Origin: Neocallimastix sp. 'constans'
Taxonomy: Eukaryota
Assembly (NCBI GenBank): GCA_050613775.1
Contig: JBODTK010000011.1
Location: 930,001 to 994,000 of the forward strand
Length of the DNA: 64,000 nt
Direction of reading: 5' to 3'
Shown: one piece after another, positions 59,640 to 64,000 of the stretch
Layout: every line of letters starts with the position of its first letter
Position numbering within the stretch: position 1 is the stretch's first letter
Program-made: the position numbers and the translations under genes
Notes under the pieces: generated by a model
The model's input: the letters and a program-made list of their open reading frames with translations, nothing else
Told to the model about the DNA's origin: nothing
Databases searched by the model: none

Positions 59640-60020
59640 TTTCTTTCATATCTGAAATCTATTACCATTCTTATATATTTATCTTTATAAACTTACATTC
59701 TTTAAAGCATTATCTAATTTATAACATCCTTTACCTTTTGGTGATTTCATTTTATTTAACAATAATAATTAATACATTTTGTTTGAACACAAAAAATATG
59801 AATACGAATTATAATAATGATCAATAATAATTACTTTAATAAGGGTGATTTAAACTTTTTCTCTAGAAATTAATTCAAATTAAGAATAAAATGGTATATT
59901 TTCAACCCCATAAGTAGTCCAAGAGATATAATCCTCTTTTCTTTCTAATATACTCTATATTTCATTATCATATGAATAATTTAGTTTTTTTTTTTTTTTT
60001 TTTTTTTAATCATATCACTA
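59640..60020 (-). pseudogene. Decayed third expansin-like copy
   Basis: Colinear matches to the intact genes: TCTAATTTATAACATCCT (59713), AACTTTTTCTCTAGAAAT (59852), AGTCCAAGAGATATAATC (59916). Confidence 0.65.
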
Positions 60021-61044
60021 TATGCTTCAGTATTTTCACCTAAGCAATAAAGAATAAATTTAAAATAATACATTCATTGAACTAATCTTTAATATTTATA
60101 TTATCATATTAACTATTAATTTTATATTTCTTTTTTATTAAAATTAAATTGCTAAATGTTACAAGTATTTATTTCATTTTTTTTTTGCCGAATTCAAATA
60201 ACACGATATTTGAAGAAATGATGTATACTACTGGAATATCAAACCTACAAGGTCTAAACTTCTTTACTATTTACAATATTATTATTTATAATGATATTAT
60301 TATACATATATGTTAAAATATTATTACTTTATTTAAATGATATAAATTTATTTTTTTTAATTCAAAGTATTAATTAATAAAATATATTTATATCATTTAA
60401 ATAAATAAACATGAATTTTTATCTTCTACTTTTAAATGTACAAGAAAATTAACTTTTTTATTATTTTTTTTTATAATTAAAATATATATATATATATATA
60501 TATTTATAAATTTAATACTATAAATCTCCAATCCAAGAATAATTTAATTATAATTTGAGTTTTAATAAATTAATTTCAAAATTTTTTCTCTAAGCAATAT
60601 TAATTATATTTAATAAATAAAGTTTCATATTTATAAAATTTATTATATGTTAATTACATGTTTAAATATATATTAAATTATAAATAATTATAAAGCTTAT
60701 ATATTATTAATTTAGTTTTTCTAACAACATATATATTTCAACCTACAATTCTTTATTATAATTAATTGTATTAAACATTTAATTGTTTACTCACCAGTTT
60801 AAACATAAAAATAAAAAAAAAATTAAATGTTAAATAAAAAACTTTATTATGTTATTTTTTAATAGTAACTTTTACATTAGAAAGTATACGCAATTAATTT
60901 AAAACATATTACGATTATTACATTTTTTTAAATATTAAAACAAATAGATCTTTATATTAAATAATTTAGATAGAAAAAAAATAAATAAAAGATAGAATAA
61001 TTACTAAATTCATATCAATAAATAAAAGTTCTTATTAGCAAAAC

Positions 61045-61740
<696 letters not shown>

Positions 61741-61994
61741 TTATTATTATACTAGTTTAGATGATTCTAATAAATATTGATATATTAATTATTAATTATT
61801 AAGATTGATTGAATTGAATTATTTCCTTTAATTATGGTATAAGAATATTCCCTATTATTTTAAAAGGTAGAAATATATTATTATTTCAAACAATAATGAA
61901 TAATAAATATAAAGAGATAAATATTTTTTATTTTTTTTTTTTTTTTGAAGAAAAATTTCAATCTTTTATACAAAATTTTCACATAATTAATTCT

Positions 61995-61995
61995 T

Positions 61996-62042
<47 letters not shown>

Positions 62043-62152
62043 TTCATTCATTCATTCATTCATTCATTTATTCATTTATTCATTTATTCATTTATCTATT
62101 CATTTATTTACTTATTTATTTATTATTTATTTATTTATTTATTTACTTATTT

Positions 62153-62244
<92 letters not shown>

Positions 62245-62245
62245 T
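61995..62245. repeat. (TTTA)n/(TTCA)n microsatellite upstream of polyubiquitin
   Basis: Directly visible. Confidence 0.92.
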
Positions 62246-63673
62246 TGGTTTTGAATTTAATTATTAGTAAGTACTTTCTATTTATTCTTTTTAATTAGTA
62301 ATTACTAATTATTAGTAATAAATTTTTATTCGAAATTATGGCAAATTCAACATATTTTAAAAATAAATGAATGAAAAAGTAATATATATATTAAATTTTA
62401 TTTATAGTCTTATAATATACACTTCAATATATTATAATATATACTAATAATAAAATTAATATAATTGAACTTTGAAAAATATTAAAATCAATAAATTTTT
62501 TTAAAAGTTAATTCCAATGCTATGATGAATTTTTTACTTCCAAAAATAATACTCCTTTATTATAGTAAAATAAAAATATCTCACTCAATTACAGAAAATA
62601 TTATATTTAAAATATTTATAAAAAAATACAGAAATTAATAAAATAATGAAATATTAATAGAAAAAAATAGAAATCATTATTCAAGTATAAACATTATGAA
62701 TGAATTTGTTTTTCTTTTTAAATTTCTATTTTAAATGTTTTATTTATATATATATTTAAAGTATTATATAAAAAAAACTTATTATACTAGATTTTTTTAA
62801 TTATACTAATTTTTTTTCATTTTAAACCAAAAAAAGAAATACATTAAATTATATAAATTCCACATATATAAGTTTTATTTTTAATAATATATAAAAACCT
62901 ATAAATAATATACTTAACGAAAGTTATATATCAAATTTATTACTTAAATTATTATCTATTATCATATATTGGAAAAAAATAGAATAAATTATTAAAATAA
63001 ATTAATGATAATATTTATAATTAAAACTTATTAAAATAAAATAAATTTTATATTTAATAGTCAATATAAGTTTGACTTGTTTTTCGATATAATTTTATTA
63101 ATTATTATATATTCTTTTTGTTTTTGATTTTTTTTTTAATTTTGTTTAAGTATGATAAAGTAATAACTGAAGCATCTGTTTATCTTATTCTATTCATTGA
63201 TTATTAATAGATAATATTTAACAAATTATGCTTTAACAATCACATTTATTTCTACTTTCCCATACAAATATAGTAGTTTTTTATATCCATTTATTATTTA
63301 TTATTTTTTTTTTTTTTTGACAAATAATAAATTTTATTTAGTAATATTATTTATTCTTAAATTTAATAAAAAATACGAAATATATGAAAAATAATTTTAA
63401 TAAATGAAAATAAAAATAAAAATAAAATTTTTAAATTATTCAATAATTAATTATTTTTTTTAAAAAATTCTTTTATTTTTTTTAGTATATTCCCCTATTT
63501 TTTTTTTTTTTTTTATAATTAATTATTATACATTTTTATATTTTTTTTTCTTTTCTTTTCTACAAATAATATAATTAATATTTATTAAAATTTAACTATA
63601 TAGGATAAAAAATTCAATAACCTAAAATTAATCTACAAACATTTTATATTCATATTTATTTATTTATTTAATA

Positions 63674-63780
63674 CTAAGTGAAGAATAGACTACTTTTGAA
63701 TATTTTAATCAGAAATAGTACCACCATCTTCTAATTATTTATTTGAACTATGTAGATAAAGATAATGAAACCATAACATC
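63674..63780 (-). pseudogene. Degenerate ubiquitin relic
   Basis: ACTAAGTGAAGAATAGACTACTTTTGAATATTTTAATCAGAAATAGTACCACCATCTTCTAATT matches the DNA for [21 protein letters not shown] at 61070-61133. Confidence 0.7.
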
Positions 63781-64000
63781 TTTAATTTTTCAATTTAATT
63801 TAACGAAATTATAATTTAATTTATCAGTTGAAAACTATAAATAATACACTTTTCTTTCAGCATTGTTGAACAATTTTCTATATATATTATTTATCATTGA
63901 ACAATTTTCTATATATATTATTTATCATAGTTTTCTTTTTTTTTTTAATTTAAATTATAATAGAATTTTAACTGAAGTATTTATTTAATTATATTTTTTT

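Noticed and set aside
61896..62267. 123-aa FIYL-repeat ORF
   Set aside because: Translation of the (TTTA)n microsatellite.

Overview
Extremely AT-rich eukaryotic DNA. Composition and gene content suggest an anaerobic gut fungus (Neocallimastigomycota); this is inference, not a database match. Positions 1-54,880 are almost entirely Ty3/Gypsy LTR retroelements organised around two identical tRNA-Trp(CCA) genes (6287-6358 and 54892-54963). The ~48.4 kb between the two genes parses into about 21 insertions from about 13 LTR families (labelled A-O here). Their target-site duplications (TSDs) chain together and reconstruct one short target, GTCGAAAACAGGTAA, directly upstream of the second tRNA. Each new element landed between the previous one and the tRNA, so the locus is a polarised, chronological stack: solo LTRs and decayed elements lie distal, and full-length elements B, C and D lie proximal. 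Reconstructed distances to the tRNA fall into three family-specific classes: 13-18, 28-29 and 64-66 nt. The elements also show Tf1-type self-priming, a shared -1 frameshift signal, a captured lectin gene inside a non-autonomous element, and one element with mismatched LTRs. The last 9 kb hold two expansin-like genes plus a remnant, a triubiquitin gene and a ubiquitin relic.
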